This document shows positions 31,006 through 40,227 of a stretch of DNA of 64,000 bases, piece after piece. The notes beneath the pieces were generated by a model. The model was not told where the DNA came from and searched no databases. It saw only the letters and a list, made by a program, of their open reading frames with translations. The stretch lies in the NCBI GenBank assembly GCA_963665685.1, contig OY762430.1, positions 91,838 through 155,837 on the forward strand. Reading direction: 5' to 3'. Both the position numbers and the translations under genes were made by a program. The stretch is from Geopsychrobacteraceae bacterium (lineage in GTDB: Bacteria; Desulfobacterota; Desulfuromonadia; Desulfuromonadales; Geopsychrobacteraceae). Position 1 is the stretch's first letter. Every line of letters starts with the position of its first letter.

Positions 31006-32742
31006 ATGGAACCCGTCTCTATTCGTAATTGGCAGTTGCGCAACGAACAACCACCCGATGACTTGGTTAAGGAATTATCCAGTGATCTTAATGTTCCAGA
31101 AATTGTTGCTCATCTGCTTTGGTTGCGTGGTATTCAGTCGCCTGCCAGCGCGCAGTCTTTTTTAACCTCTAAGTTAGCTGACCTGCCAGATCCTGATCTA
31201 CTCCCTGATATGAAGAAAGCATGCAAGCGGCTTGTTGATGCTTTACGCAATGGTGAGAAGATTGCCGTGCACGGTGATTACGACGTCGATGGCATTACCG
31301 GATGCAGTCTTCTGGTTGAGGTCCTCAGGGCCATGGGGGGGACGGTTGATTATCATATTCCCCTACGCATGGTTGATGGGTATGGTTTGTCGGAAGATGC
31401 TCTTCGTGAGGCGCACGGGCAAGGGTGTAAAGTCATTGTTTCCGTTGACTGTGGTGTGTCCGCTATCCATGAAGCTGCCGTTGCTCAGTCCTTGGGGCTA
31501 GATCTGATTATCACTGATCACCACCAGCCTCCTGATCCGTTGCCCCATTGTTTTGCTTTAGTTAATCCTCATCTGCCTGAAAATAAATTTCCATGGCCTG
31601 ACCTCGCTGGTGTTGGTGTTGCCTTCTTTCTCGTCTTAGGTCTACGGCGTATGTTGCGGGCTGAAAACTATTTTACTTCTCTTAAAGAGCCTGATTTACG
31701 CTATGTCCTCGATCTTGTCGCGCTGGGTACTGTTGCCGATATCGTACCGCTTAAAGGAACCAATCGTGTGCTGGTTAAATTGGGACTGCAATTATTAGAT
31801 AAATCGTTGCGACCAGGTATTAAGGCTTTGAAAACCGTAGCGCAAGTCAAGGAGGTGACCAGTGGTGTCGTCGGTTTCCGCCTGGCGCCACGGCTGAACG
31901 CTGCAGGTCGTCTTGAAGATGCCGCTATGGGAGTCGAACTACTGCTCAGTCACGATGCAAATAGTTGCTCTGAATTAGCGGAATTTCTCGATAATTGTAA
32001 TCACGATCGGCAAGCGGTTGAGCAACAGACGTTACAAGAGGCCATATTAATGGTCGAAAACGATATTCCTGAAGATAATTATAGCATTGTCCTCGCGAAA
32101 GAGGGCTGGCATGCAGGGGTTATCGGTATTGTGGCCAGCCGTCTGGTTGAGCGTTATCATCGGCCGGTCGTTATGATTGCGTTGGAAAATGGGGAAGGGA
32201 AGGGGTCTGCTCGCTCTATTAACGGCTTTCATCTTCACAATTCTCTTGCTCAGTGTAGTGACTTGCTGCGTGGCTTTGGTGGTCATGCTATGGCGGCGGG
32301 GATGACAGTTGATAGCGGACAGATAGCTCCATTCAGAGAAGCTTTCGAATCGGTTGCAAAAGAATCTCTTGATATCGATCTGTTACAACCAAGTTTGAAT
32401 CATGATGGAGAAATATCATTAGATCAGCTAACCATCGAAATCCAGAACCAGATTGATGAACTGAATCCCTACGGCGCGGGAAACCCTTTACCGACGTTCG
32501 TTAGCCGTGGTTGCCGGACATATAATTGTCGTGTCGTTGGTAAAAATCATTTAAAACTTGATATTGAACAGGGTGATAGTTTTGTTTCTGCCATCGCTTT
32601 CGGCATGGCAGAACGGATGGCTGAATGCTCTGGTCTGGTTGATATTTTATATCGACCAGGAATCAATGAGTGGCGTGGAGAACGCTCTTTGCAACTACAG
32701 GTTATCGATTTTCAGGAATCGGAGTTAGCTAAGCGTGGATAA
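31006..32742 (+). CDS. recJ: Single-stranded DNA-specific exonuclease RecJ
   Basis: HGDYDVDG, SVDCG, ITDHH (DHH), DLVALGTVADIVPL, PRLNAAGRL, FGGHAMAAG. Confidence 0.97.
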   Translation: MEPVSIRNWQLRNEQPPDDLVKELSSDLNVPEIVAHLLWLRGIQSPASAQSFLTSKLADLPDPDLLPDMKKACKRLVDALRNGEKIAVHGDYDVDGITGCSLLVEVLRAMGGTVDYHIPLRMVDGYGLSEDALREAHGQGCKVIVSVDCGVSAIHEAAVAQSLGLDLIITDHHQPPDPLPHCFALVNPHLPENKFPWPDLAGVGVAFFLVLGLRRMLRAENYFTSLKEPDLRYVLDLVALGTVADIVPLKGTNRVLVKLGLQLLDKSLRPGIKALKTVAQVKEVTSGVVGFRLAPRLNAAGRLEDAAMGVELLLSHDANSCSELAEFLDNCNHDRQAVEQQTLQEAILMVENDIPEDNYSIVLAKEGWHAGVIGIVASRLVERYHRPVVMIALENGEGKGSARSINGFHLHNSLAQCSDLLRGFGGHAMAAGMTVDSGQIAPFREAFESVAKESLDIDLLQPSLNHDGEISLDQLTIEIQNQIDELNPYGAGNPLPTFVSRGCRTYNCRVVGKNHLKLDIEQGDSFVSAIAFGMAERMAECSGLVDILYRPGINEWRGERSLQLQVIDFQESELAKRG

Positions 32743-33700
32743 GTTAAAAGATACGACCTTTGTCGACTGTTTGGCCGACCAGAATGTCGGTGATATTTGT
32801 GTTAATGCGGTTCTGGCAGATCATAATACCTGGCGGATTGGTGGACGCGCATCTGCCTTAGTTGAGCCAAGTGATGTTAGCCAAGTACAGAGATTGGTCA
32901 ATTTTTCTTATCAGGAAAATATCCCCCTTGTGGTTATTGGACAAGGGAGTAACTTGTTGTTTGATGATCGCGGAGTTGATGGCATTGTTTTAAAGATAGG
33001 CGCAAAGCTGAGTCATTTAGATCTTCATGAGGGTGAAATTAGTGCCGGAGGAGGAGTTTGGGTCCCCCAACTGGCACGGAAATCGATGGCTGCAGGTTTA
33101 ACCGGGCTTGAACACTGTATCGGGATTCCTGGAACTCTTGGTGGTTTAATTATGATGAATGGCGGGAGTCAACGACACGGCATTGGTGAAAATATCGTCA
33201 ATGTCACCTGTGTCTCTCCTTTGGGCGAATTGATTCATCTTTCCAGACAGGAGTGCGATTTTTCTTACCGTCATAGTGCCTTACAAGGAACCGGGTTGAT
33301 CGTTGTCGGCGCTGAGCTTTTCTGTCCAAAGGGGGATCAATCTGCTATCCGCCGCGATATGATAAGTGATCTGAAAAACCGTAGATATAAATTTCCTCGT
33401 AAACAGCCAAATTGTGGTTCCGTCTTTTTAAGCACTGCTGAAATGCATGCGAGTGTTGGACCTCCCGGGAAGATCATTGAAGAATGCGGCTTAAAAGGTA
33501 CCCGTCGTGGTCATGCTGAGGTGTCCCGCCAGCACGCGAATTTTATTGTTAATACTGGCCATGCAACCTCCGCTGATGTCCTTGCTCTTATTGCTCATAT
33601 CCGCGAAACCGTTCATGAGCGTATTGGGTTTGATTTGTGTTGCGAGGTACGTTATGTGAGTCCCTCCGGGCAGATTATGCCTGCCCATTTGGCAATTTAA
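32735..33700 (+). CDS. murB: UDP-N-acetylenolpyruvoylglucosamine reductase (MurB family), outside the dcw cluster
   Basis: TWRIGG, IGQGSNLL, GIPGTLGG..MNGG, FSYRHS, PNCGSVF, SRQHANFIVN, CEV. Confidence 0.88.
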   Translation: MDKLKDTTFVDCLADQNVGDICVNAVLADHNTWRIGGRASALVEPSDVSQVQRLVNFSYQENIPLVVIGQGSNLLFDDRGVDGIVLKIGAKLSHLDLHEGEISAGGGVWVPQLARKSMAAGLTGLEHCIGIPGTLGGLIMMNGGSQRHGIGENIVNVTCVSPLGELIHLSRQECDFSYRHSALQGTGLIVVGAELFCPKGDQSAIRRDMISDLKNRRYKFPRKQPNCGSVFLSTAEMHASVGPPGKIIEECGLKGTRRGHAEVSRQHANFIVNTGHATSADVLALIAHIRETVHERIGFDLCCEVRYVSPSGQIMPAHLAI

Positions 33701-33712
33701 AACAAAGAAAAC

Positions 33713-33744
33713 AAAAAATCCTCGCAGTTGCGCGAGGATTTTTT
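33713..33744. terminator. Bidirectional intrinsic terminator between murB and ettA
   Basis: AAAAAATCCTCGC-AGTTGC-GCGAGGATTTTTT. Confidence 0.88.
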
Positions 33745-33803
33745 GTTTTTAGAGCGATAGCTTTACCTTCTGAAGGTATGCTGAGTGTTCAAATTTTTTG
33801 AGC

Positions 33804-35480
33804 TTATTGTCTGGTTAATGAGCGATAGCGAATACGGTGTGGTTGATCTGCATCGCGACCGAGGCGGCGCTTGCGATCCTCTTCATACTCAGAATAATTG
33901 CCCTCAAACCAAACCACTTGTGAGTCACCTTCAAAGGCCAAAATATGAGTTGCGATACGATCCAGGAACCAGCGGTCGTGACTGATGACCACCGCACAAC
34001 CACCAAAGTTTTCCAAACCCTCTTCAAGGGCGCGCAGAGTATTAACATCCAGGTCGTTGGTAGGTTCGTCAAGTAGTAGAACGTTAGCTTCCTCGCGGAG
34101 CATTTTTGCCAGGTGAACACGGTTGCGCTCTCCACCAGATAATACCCCGACCTTTTTCTGCTGATCAGAGCCAGAAAAGTTAAAGCGTGCAACGTAGGCG
34201 CGAGAATTAACCGATTGTCCTCCCATCATAAAATTGTCGTTACCATCGCTGACTTCTTCCCAAATGGTTTTGTTGGGATCAAGCTCACGCCCCTGGTCAA
34301 CATAGCCGAGCTGGACGGTTTCGCCAACTTTAAAGCTGCCGGAATCAACTTCTTCCTGACCAATAATCATTTTAAACAAGGTGGATTTACCGGCGCCGTT
34401 CGGGCCGATAACACCAACAATACCACCCGCTGGCAAGTTAAAGTTTAAATTATCGATCAGCAGACGTTCGCCAAAGCCCTTGCAGAGCTCTTTTGCTTCG
34501 ACGACAACATTACCTAAGCGCGGACCTGGCGGGATAAATAGCTCCAGAGTTTTCTCTTTTGCCAAACCTTCGTTGCCTAGAAGTTTTTCGTAAGAATTAA
34601 TCCGGGCCTGAGATTTCGCATGGCGTCCTTTAGGAGACATGCGAATCCATTCTAATTCTCGTTGCAGGGTTTGTTGGCGTTTGCTTTCAGCTTTTTCTTC
34701 TTTACGCAAACGCTCCTGTTTTTGTTCCAGCCAACTGGAATAGTTTCCTTTCCAGGGAATGCCGTGACCACGGTCAAGCTCGAGGATCCAACCTGCGACA
34801 TTATCAAGGAAATAACGGTCGTGGGTAACTGCTATAACGGTGCCCTGGTAACGCTGTAGATGTTGTTCCAGCCAGGCAACGGTTTCTGCATCCAGATGGT
34901 TGGTTGGCTCATCGAGAAGGAGAATGTCTGGTTTGCTTAGTAGCAGGCGGCACAGTGCAACTCGGCGCTTTTCACCACCGGACAGGTTTTTGATCGGGGT
35001 CTCAGGTGGAGGACAGCGTAACGCCTCTTCTGCTAACTCAAGCCGGGAATCAAGCTCCCAGGCATCAGCGGCATCAAGTTTATCCTGAACTTCAGCCTGG
35101 CGAGCGAGGAGTTTATCCATATCACAGTCTGGATCGGCAAAGGAATTATTGATCTCCTCAAACTCAGCAAGTAGGTCGACGACTTCCTGAACACCTTCCT
35201 TAACAATTTCGCGAACCGTCTTTTCATCATCAAGTTGAGGTTCCTGTTCCAGATAACCTACGCTGTAACCCTCAGATAAAACGGCTTCACCGTTAAACTC
35301 TTTATCAACACCGGCCATAATTTTTAGCAAGGTTGATTTACCAGACCCGTTAAGACCAAGGACACCAATCTTGGCACCATAAAAGTATGATAATGATATG
35401 TCTTTGATAATGGTCTGCTTGTTGTACGATTTGCTGACCTTCATCATTGAATAAATAATTTTTTTTGTATCTTCGCTCAT
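33804..35480 (-). CDS. ettA: Energy-dependent translational throttle protein EttA (ABC-F)
   Basis: [23 protein letters not shown], two ABC cassettes, [39 protein letters not shown]. Confidence 0.96.
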   Translation of the reverse strand: MSEDTKKIIYSMMKVSKSYNKQTIIKDISLSYFYGAKIGVLGLNGSGKSTLLKIMAGVDKEFNGEAVLSEGYSVGYLEQEPQLDDEKTVREIVKEGVQEVVDLLAEFEEINNSFADPDCDMDKLLARQAEVQDKLDAADAWELDSRLELAEEALRCPPPETPIKNLSGGEKRRVALCRLLLSKPDILLLDEPTNHLDAETVAWLEQHLQRYQGTVIAVTHDRYFLDNVAGWILELDRGHGIPWKGNYSSWLEQKQERLRKEEKAESKRQQTLQRELEWIRMSPKGRHAKSQARINSYEKLLGNEGLAKEKTLELFIPPGPRLGNVVVEAKELCKGFGERLLIDNLNFNLPAGGIVGVIGPNGAGKSTLFKMIIGQEEVDSGSFKVGETVQLGYVDQGRELDPNKTIWEEVSDGNDNFMMGGQSVNSRAYVARFNFSGSDQQKKVGVLSGGERNRVHLAKMLREEANVLLLDEPTNDLDVNTLRALEEGLENFGGCAVVISHDRWFLDRIATHILAFEGDSQVVWFEGNYSEYEEDRKRRLGRDADQPHRIRYRSLTRQ

Positions 35481-35764
35481 GTCTGTCCTCTAGGAAAAAA
35501 ATAAAGCAGTCAATATATCTATGATGACCCGATTCGATTCTGTAAATATTGGGTGCGTGTCATGGAATTACATGGTCTTTTAAAATTCTGTCAGCGTTCG
35601 GTTTGGTTCAACATAAAACCATAATGCTCCGAAAATTCTTATGGATTTATAACATTGCCGGTCTCTTCCTGCAACTGATCAGAATGGGTTTGATACATTT
35701 TGGTAAGAGGATTTTCATGCTGAGATCTTTGTTTGAGTAAACGTTTTCTGCCTAGCCATAATGG

Positions 35765-36934
35765 CTAGGAGGGGTCCTGATCTACTTGGGACATTGCATT
35801 TAGAAAGGAACGAGTTAGTTGAGGGTGTAATGATTTTCCAATACTGTCGTTCATAATCTGTTGAATACGGCTGAAAGTCATGGGCTCTTTATAACTACGA
35901 CGGGTGCGCAGAGCGTCGTAAATATCTGAAATGGTCGTCATATGGCTGCATATACTGAGATTGCGTTTTTTCGTGGTTTCCGCAGGATAGCCGTTGCCGT
36001 CAAAACCCATATGATGCTCATATGCATTAATGATTGCCAAGTAGGGGATCCCCGGACAATTGATCAAGTATTCTGCGCCTAAGCGCGGGTGTTCTTTGAT
36101 TAATTGCCATTCTTCATCAGTGGGCCGTCCTGGCTTATTGAGAATTTCTGCTGGTATAAACATTTTACCGACATCGTGTAGCATCGCCGCAATGCCAATG
36201 TCTTTGAGTGCAGGACCGGTAATCCCAAGTAATTTTGCCTGGGCGAGATTCAGCAGGCAGATATTTGTGGAATGCACATAAACATATTCATCCATAGAAC
36301 GTAACGGTGCCATAGCAGACAAAATATGACTATGGGATGAAAATGAACTAATAAAGTCGTCGACTATTTCTCCAATAGCAATAGCAGAAACTTTGCTTTT
36401 AGCGACATTGGTGTATGTCTCCATAAACTTCCCACAATTTTTGGTAGCGACTTCATGAAAATCATGACTGCTTTTGTCGATGTGCTGTGTGTTACTTTTA
36501 TCGATGGTTAATTGCCCAATTTCTATGTGCGGAGCGTTCTGTAGCGATAAAATATTGTTTCGGGAATTAAGGTGTTGAGCAAAAGCGAGCAGTTCCTCTT
36601 GTGTAACTCCGGCAGTGATTTCGAGAAAGTTAATGTTTTTGTCTTGTAGCAAATGATTAAAACGTTCATTGCTGATTGTTTCTTCACAGCGCACATCATT
36701 AATAATGAGTCTGTTTTTAAGTCGTTTGAAGGTGAATTTCTGTTCATTTCTAAAGCTGTTGGCTAATTGCTCAAGGGCTTTGGTACACAGGTTGTGTATT
36801 TGGGGGTGACTTGATCCATATAATGAAATATTAGCTGTAATCGCTATAATATGTTGGATAAAAGGCTGAATGCTATTTTTGACACTATTGCTGCTATCCA
36901 CATTAGCTCCGCTCTGCCAGAGTTTCTTTTTCAT
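35765..36934 (-). CDS. HD-GYP domain phosphodiesterase, paralog B (RSYK)
   Basis: DEYVYVHS, LHDVGK, EHP..G, EHHMGFDGNGYP, DIYDALRTRRSYK. Confidence 0.88.
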   Translation of the reverse strand: MKKKLWQSGANVDSSNSVKNSIQPFIQHIIAITANISLYGSSHPQIHNLCTKALEQLANSFRNEQKFTFKRLKNRLIINDVRCEETISNERFNHLLQDKNINFLEITAGVTQEELLAFAQHLNSRNNILSLQNAPHIEIGQLTIDKSNTQHIDKSSHDFHEVATKNCGKFMETYTNVAKSKVSAIAIGEIVDDFISSFSSHSHILSAMAPLRSMDEYVYVHSTNICLLNLAQAKLLGITGPALKDIGIAAMLHDVGKMFIPAEILNKPGRPTDEEWQLIKEHPRLGAEYLINCPGIPYLAIINAYEHHMGFDGNGYPAETTKKRNLSICSHMTTISDIYDALRTRRSYKEPMTFSRIQQIMNDSIGKSLHPQLTRSFLNAMSQVDQDPS

Positions 36935-36979
36935 GAACAGTTCTTTTTGTGACTGTTTGCTGCCTCTTCATTAATCTCT

Positions 36980-39007
36980 TTATTTACCAAACATTTCTAA
37001 TGCCTGTTTCACTTCAGTATGGAATATCTTTTGTTTACGGGGCCGAAAGAATCCTTTGACTGTAAGTATCTTAGTCAAAAAGGTTTGACTGCGAGGGTGG
37101 CCAATAACTGCCAAAGTCTTGAGTATCTGTTTTGCCATTGTCAACTCGTCCTCCGTCTGGGGTGTCGCTTGTATAAGTTTATGCAGTTGCTCTATTATTT
37201 TGTGATCATGGTTTTTTTCCGCAAGTTCACACATCTCTACAATCGTAGCGGAATCATCAGAGGTTAATTCTTTATAGATTAAACGAAGAGCAATACCCGG
37301 GTTTTTTCCCGCTAAAATCTTGATGGCTTCTTTACGTATCTGAGGGTACTCATGATTAGAGTATTTTAAAATGGTTTTGGTTGGGACTGATTCGTTCTGG
37401 CGGCCCATAATAAAAAGTAAATTGCGGATCAAAAACCATGGACCACTTTCAAGGTTTGCGATGATTATGGGATGAGCTTTTGCTCCTAACTCGACCAGCA
37501 GATCCATCCACAAGTGACGTCGTACTTTGTCTTCGTCAACTTTCAGACGTTCGACAAGTTGTTCTGCATATGGCTCCCCGATAAGTTTTATGTATTCAAC
37601 AATCTCTGCATATTTTTCTTCGGTCCAGAGCCTGATGGTATCGAGGACCTCATTAATAAAAGCAGTTGTTGTTTGGTTGGCAAGAACTTGTTCTTCAAGA
37701 AAGAGAACATGAGACGATCCACTGTAAAGATATCTTGACCAATTGAGGAATATGTTGCTCAACGATTTAAAATCGCCTGTTTGGACAAAAAAATTGGCCA
37801 GTTCAATGAAGGTATTCTGAATGTTTAATTCTGTTTGTTTGTCAACTTTTCGGTCAAGAAGCTCAAAGAGGGTCTCGCAACAATGTTTTTCAATATTAAA
37901 GCGTTGAAAGTCCGCGCAGTATAGAGCTGCTTCAGAGGGGGCCATATTGCTGATTACTTCTCCCGCCAGGATTTTATGAAGTGAATTCTGGTATTGAAGG
38001 GGGACATAATCATCAAGATTTTCTTCATGAAATAGTAGATCAAGTGGTTCTGATGATGACTTGGTTTCCTGCACAAAGATTGGCGTTGTGCTTTGTGGTC
38101 CAGTACTTTGTGAAAATTCACCAAGCAGGTCAAAAATGCGGGATGAGATTTTCAGGCTTTTATTGGCCGCCCGTTGAAAGGTTTCACTGAGAACCTCTTT
38201 TGGTAGCGAAGCCACAATGGCTGGGGCTTTGTCCGGGCATTTATCAAGGGTAGAAAACGTACTGGCTAATAGAGTATCAAGAACCTTTGGGCTCAAAGTT
38301 TGGGCCAGTCTCATCGTCTTGTCATCTAATTTTTGGTCGGTATGGTAGCGGGCCTGCAATATGCGGTTCAGTAGAGATCCCATCTGTTGTTCACCCAAAC
38401 TGTTACTCTCTGTATTATCCACATATTCATCAAGGAAACTTTCGACCTCTTTGTTATTCGAGACCCCTCCAAAAGAAATGGTGCTAATGAGTGTTTCCCA
38501 TAGTATGTCTTCATGATGAGTTTCATCGTTAGACGAAGATTCTTTTTTGTGCAGATGCGAATAATCGATGAAATTTATCTGGATATTGTCGAATGCTAAT
38601 TGGGCAAATTCTTCAGCAGGAGCCAGGTTATGGTTTGCCCCTCTATCTTGGTGCCATAAAAATTTGTGGAGTTTGTGAATTTCTTCTGGCTTCAGGTTTT
38701 TATGAAAGTGTATCGCGACAATATCATGAGCGGTAAAAAGTGATTTAAGGCTGTTAATCGCATGGTCTTGCTGCGGAAGCTCATGGTTGTCGACGAATAA
38801 AAAGTCCTGGCTACAGTGCAAAGAAAGTGATTCCGTACTGTCGTTACAGCAGTTTTGCAGTGCAGTCATCACCGAATGAATAATATTCTCCCGTTGAGGA
38901 TGCCCGGACGGATAAAAAGCTAACTGTCGACCCGCTAAAGCAAGGCTCTGCAAAAAAGAGAGTATGTTTAATAGTGATTCGTCAGAGTGCAATAGATTTT
39001 CCCCCAA
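36980..39007 (-). CDS. HEAT-repeat protein, paralog B
   Basis: C-terminal alpha-solenoid with PWFLIRNLLFIMG and QIRKEAIKIL repeats; homologous to 40214-42361; TTG start. Confidence 0.78.
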   Translation of the reverse strand: MGENLLHSDESLLNILSFLQSLALAGRQLAFYPSGHPQRENIIHSVMTALQNCCNDSTESLSLHCSQDFLFVDNHELPQQDHAINSLKSLFTAHDIVAIHFHKNLKPEEIHKLHKFLWHQDRGANHNLAPAEEFAQLAFDNIQINFIDYSHLHKKESSSNDETHHEDILWETLISTISFGGVSNNKEVESFLDEYVDNTESNSLGEQQMGSLLNRILQARYHTDQKLDDKTMRLAQTLSPKVLDTLLASTFSTLDKCPDKAPAIVASLPKEVLSETFQRAANKSLKISSRIFDLLGEFSQSTGPQSTTPIFVQETKSSSEPLDLLFHEENLDDYVPLQYQNSLHKILAGEVISNMAPSEAALYCADFQRFNIEKHCCETLFELLDRKVDKQTELNIQNTFIELANFFVQTGDFKSLSNIFLNWSRYLYSGSSHVLFLEEQVLANQTTTAFINEVLDTIRLWTEEKYAEIVEYIKLIGEPYAEQLVERLKVDEDKVRRHLWMDLLVELGAKAHPIIIANLESGPWFLIRNLLFIMGRQNESVPTKTILKYSNHEYPQIRKEAIKILAGKNPGIALRLIYKELTSDDSATIVEMCELAEKNHDHKIIEQLHKLIQATPQTEDELTMAKQILKTLAVIGHPRSQTFLTKILTVKGFFRPRKQKIFHTEVKQALEMFGK

Positions 39008-39090
39008 TACCTAGCACGGACACCCTATAGAAAAAAGTTATTTAAATGGAATAAGGTTTATCTGATAATTGTGTAATGTTTTCAACCTTT

Positions 39091-40227
39091 TTAATAAACT
39101 TTTTGAGAGTCGAGTTGTTGCAGGATAGTTAAAAAGTTGTACGTCAACTGAGGGTGAAGCTTGTTGCCTGCCAGGTTATGCATAATGTTAACAATCTGGG
39201 TTTGATCCAATGCGTCTTCGTAACTACGGTTTGTTCGCATGGCATCATAAGTGTCTGAAATAGCTGTTAAGTAGGAGCAGAAATGCTGTTGCCAGCCCGA
39301 GTCGACTTTGGGATACCCCGCAAGATCGTAGCGCATATGATGCTCGTACGCGGTAATCACCGCTAGACGTGGCACACCGGGAACGGTGAGTAAGTATTCT
39401 GCTCCAAGTCGTGGGTGCTCTTTCATGGCGCACCATTCACTATCGCTTAAAGCCTCTGTTTTGGTCAGGATCGATGGCGAAATAAACATTTTCCCGACAT
39501 CATGAAGCATTGCAGCAATACCAATATCAATAAGAAGTTGTCCCTCTATTCCCAAAGCTTTTGCCTGGGCGAGGTTCAGCAGGCAGATGTTGGTTGAATG
39601 GGTATACGTATATTCATCGATCGCCCTTAAAGGCGCGAGAGCCATAAAGGCATCCCCCTGTTTATTGAATGAATGAGCAAAGCTATTAACGATGTCTGTT
39701 ATTCCCGCAATTTTAACCTCTTTTTGTTGCTGAATATTCTCGTACAGGTCATTTATGTGGGTTGCTTCTACAGCCGCAATTTCCCCGAGATTTAAGAGGA
39801 CAAAATCATCATCGTCTGAGCTTTGATAACGAACTTCAACCTGACCAAAATGAATATGCTTACTATCGTATACGGTACCCGAACTGTCGTCTCCATGGCT
39901 TAAAACCTGAATAAGGTTGAGTAACTCTTCTGTATAAATACCGTCTTCAATTTTTAAATAACTGATATTTCGCTGCGAAAAGGAAGTAATCAGTTTTTTG
40001 ACAGTCATAGTTTCTTCTAATGGTTTGTTATTGTAAATCAGCTGATGATTGATCAGGCGTAAAATTAATGCATCTGTTGCACTGGTCAGTTGCTGCAGTA
40101 TGACCAGGGCCTGTTTGTTAAAACGTAATACCTGGTTGTGGTTTATATCGTAGAGGGCCGCATTAGCCGCAGCAGTCATCAGCAGACGAATAAAATTATA
40201 GATTGGAGTCTGGTCAAGTGGCTTCAT
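39091..40227 (-). CDS. HD-GYP domain phosphodiesterase, paralog A (RSYE variant)
   Basis: DEYTYTHS, LHDVGK, EHHMRYDLAGYP, DTYDAMRTNRSYE; ATG 40227 with AGGA RBS, overlapping the upstream gene end. Confidence 0.88.
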   Translation of the reverse strand: MKPLDQTPIYNFIRLLMTAAANAALYDINHNQVLRFNKQALVILQQLTSATDALILRLINHQLIYNNKPLEETMTVKKLITSFSQRNISYLKIEDGIYTEELLNLIQVLSHGDDSSGTVYDSKHIHFGQVEVRYQSSDDDDFVLLNLGEIAAVEATHINDLYENIQQQKEVKIAGITDIVNSFAHSFNKQGDAFMALAPLRAIDEYTYTHSTNICLLNLAQAKALGIEGQLLIDIGIAAMLHDVGKMFISPSILTKTEALSDSEWCAMKEHPRLGAEYLLTVPGVPRLAVITAYEHHMRYDLAGYPKVDSGWQQHFCSYLTAISDTYDAMRTNRSYEDALDQTQIVNIMHNLAGNKLHPQLTYNFLTILQQLDSQKVY

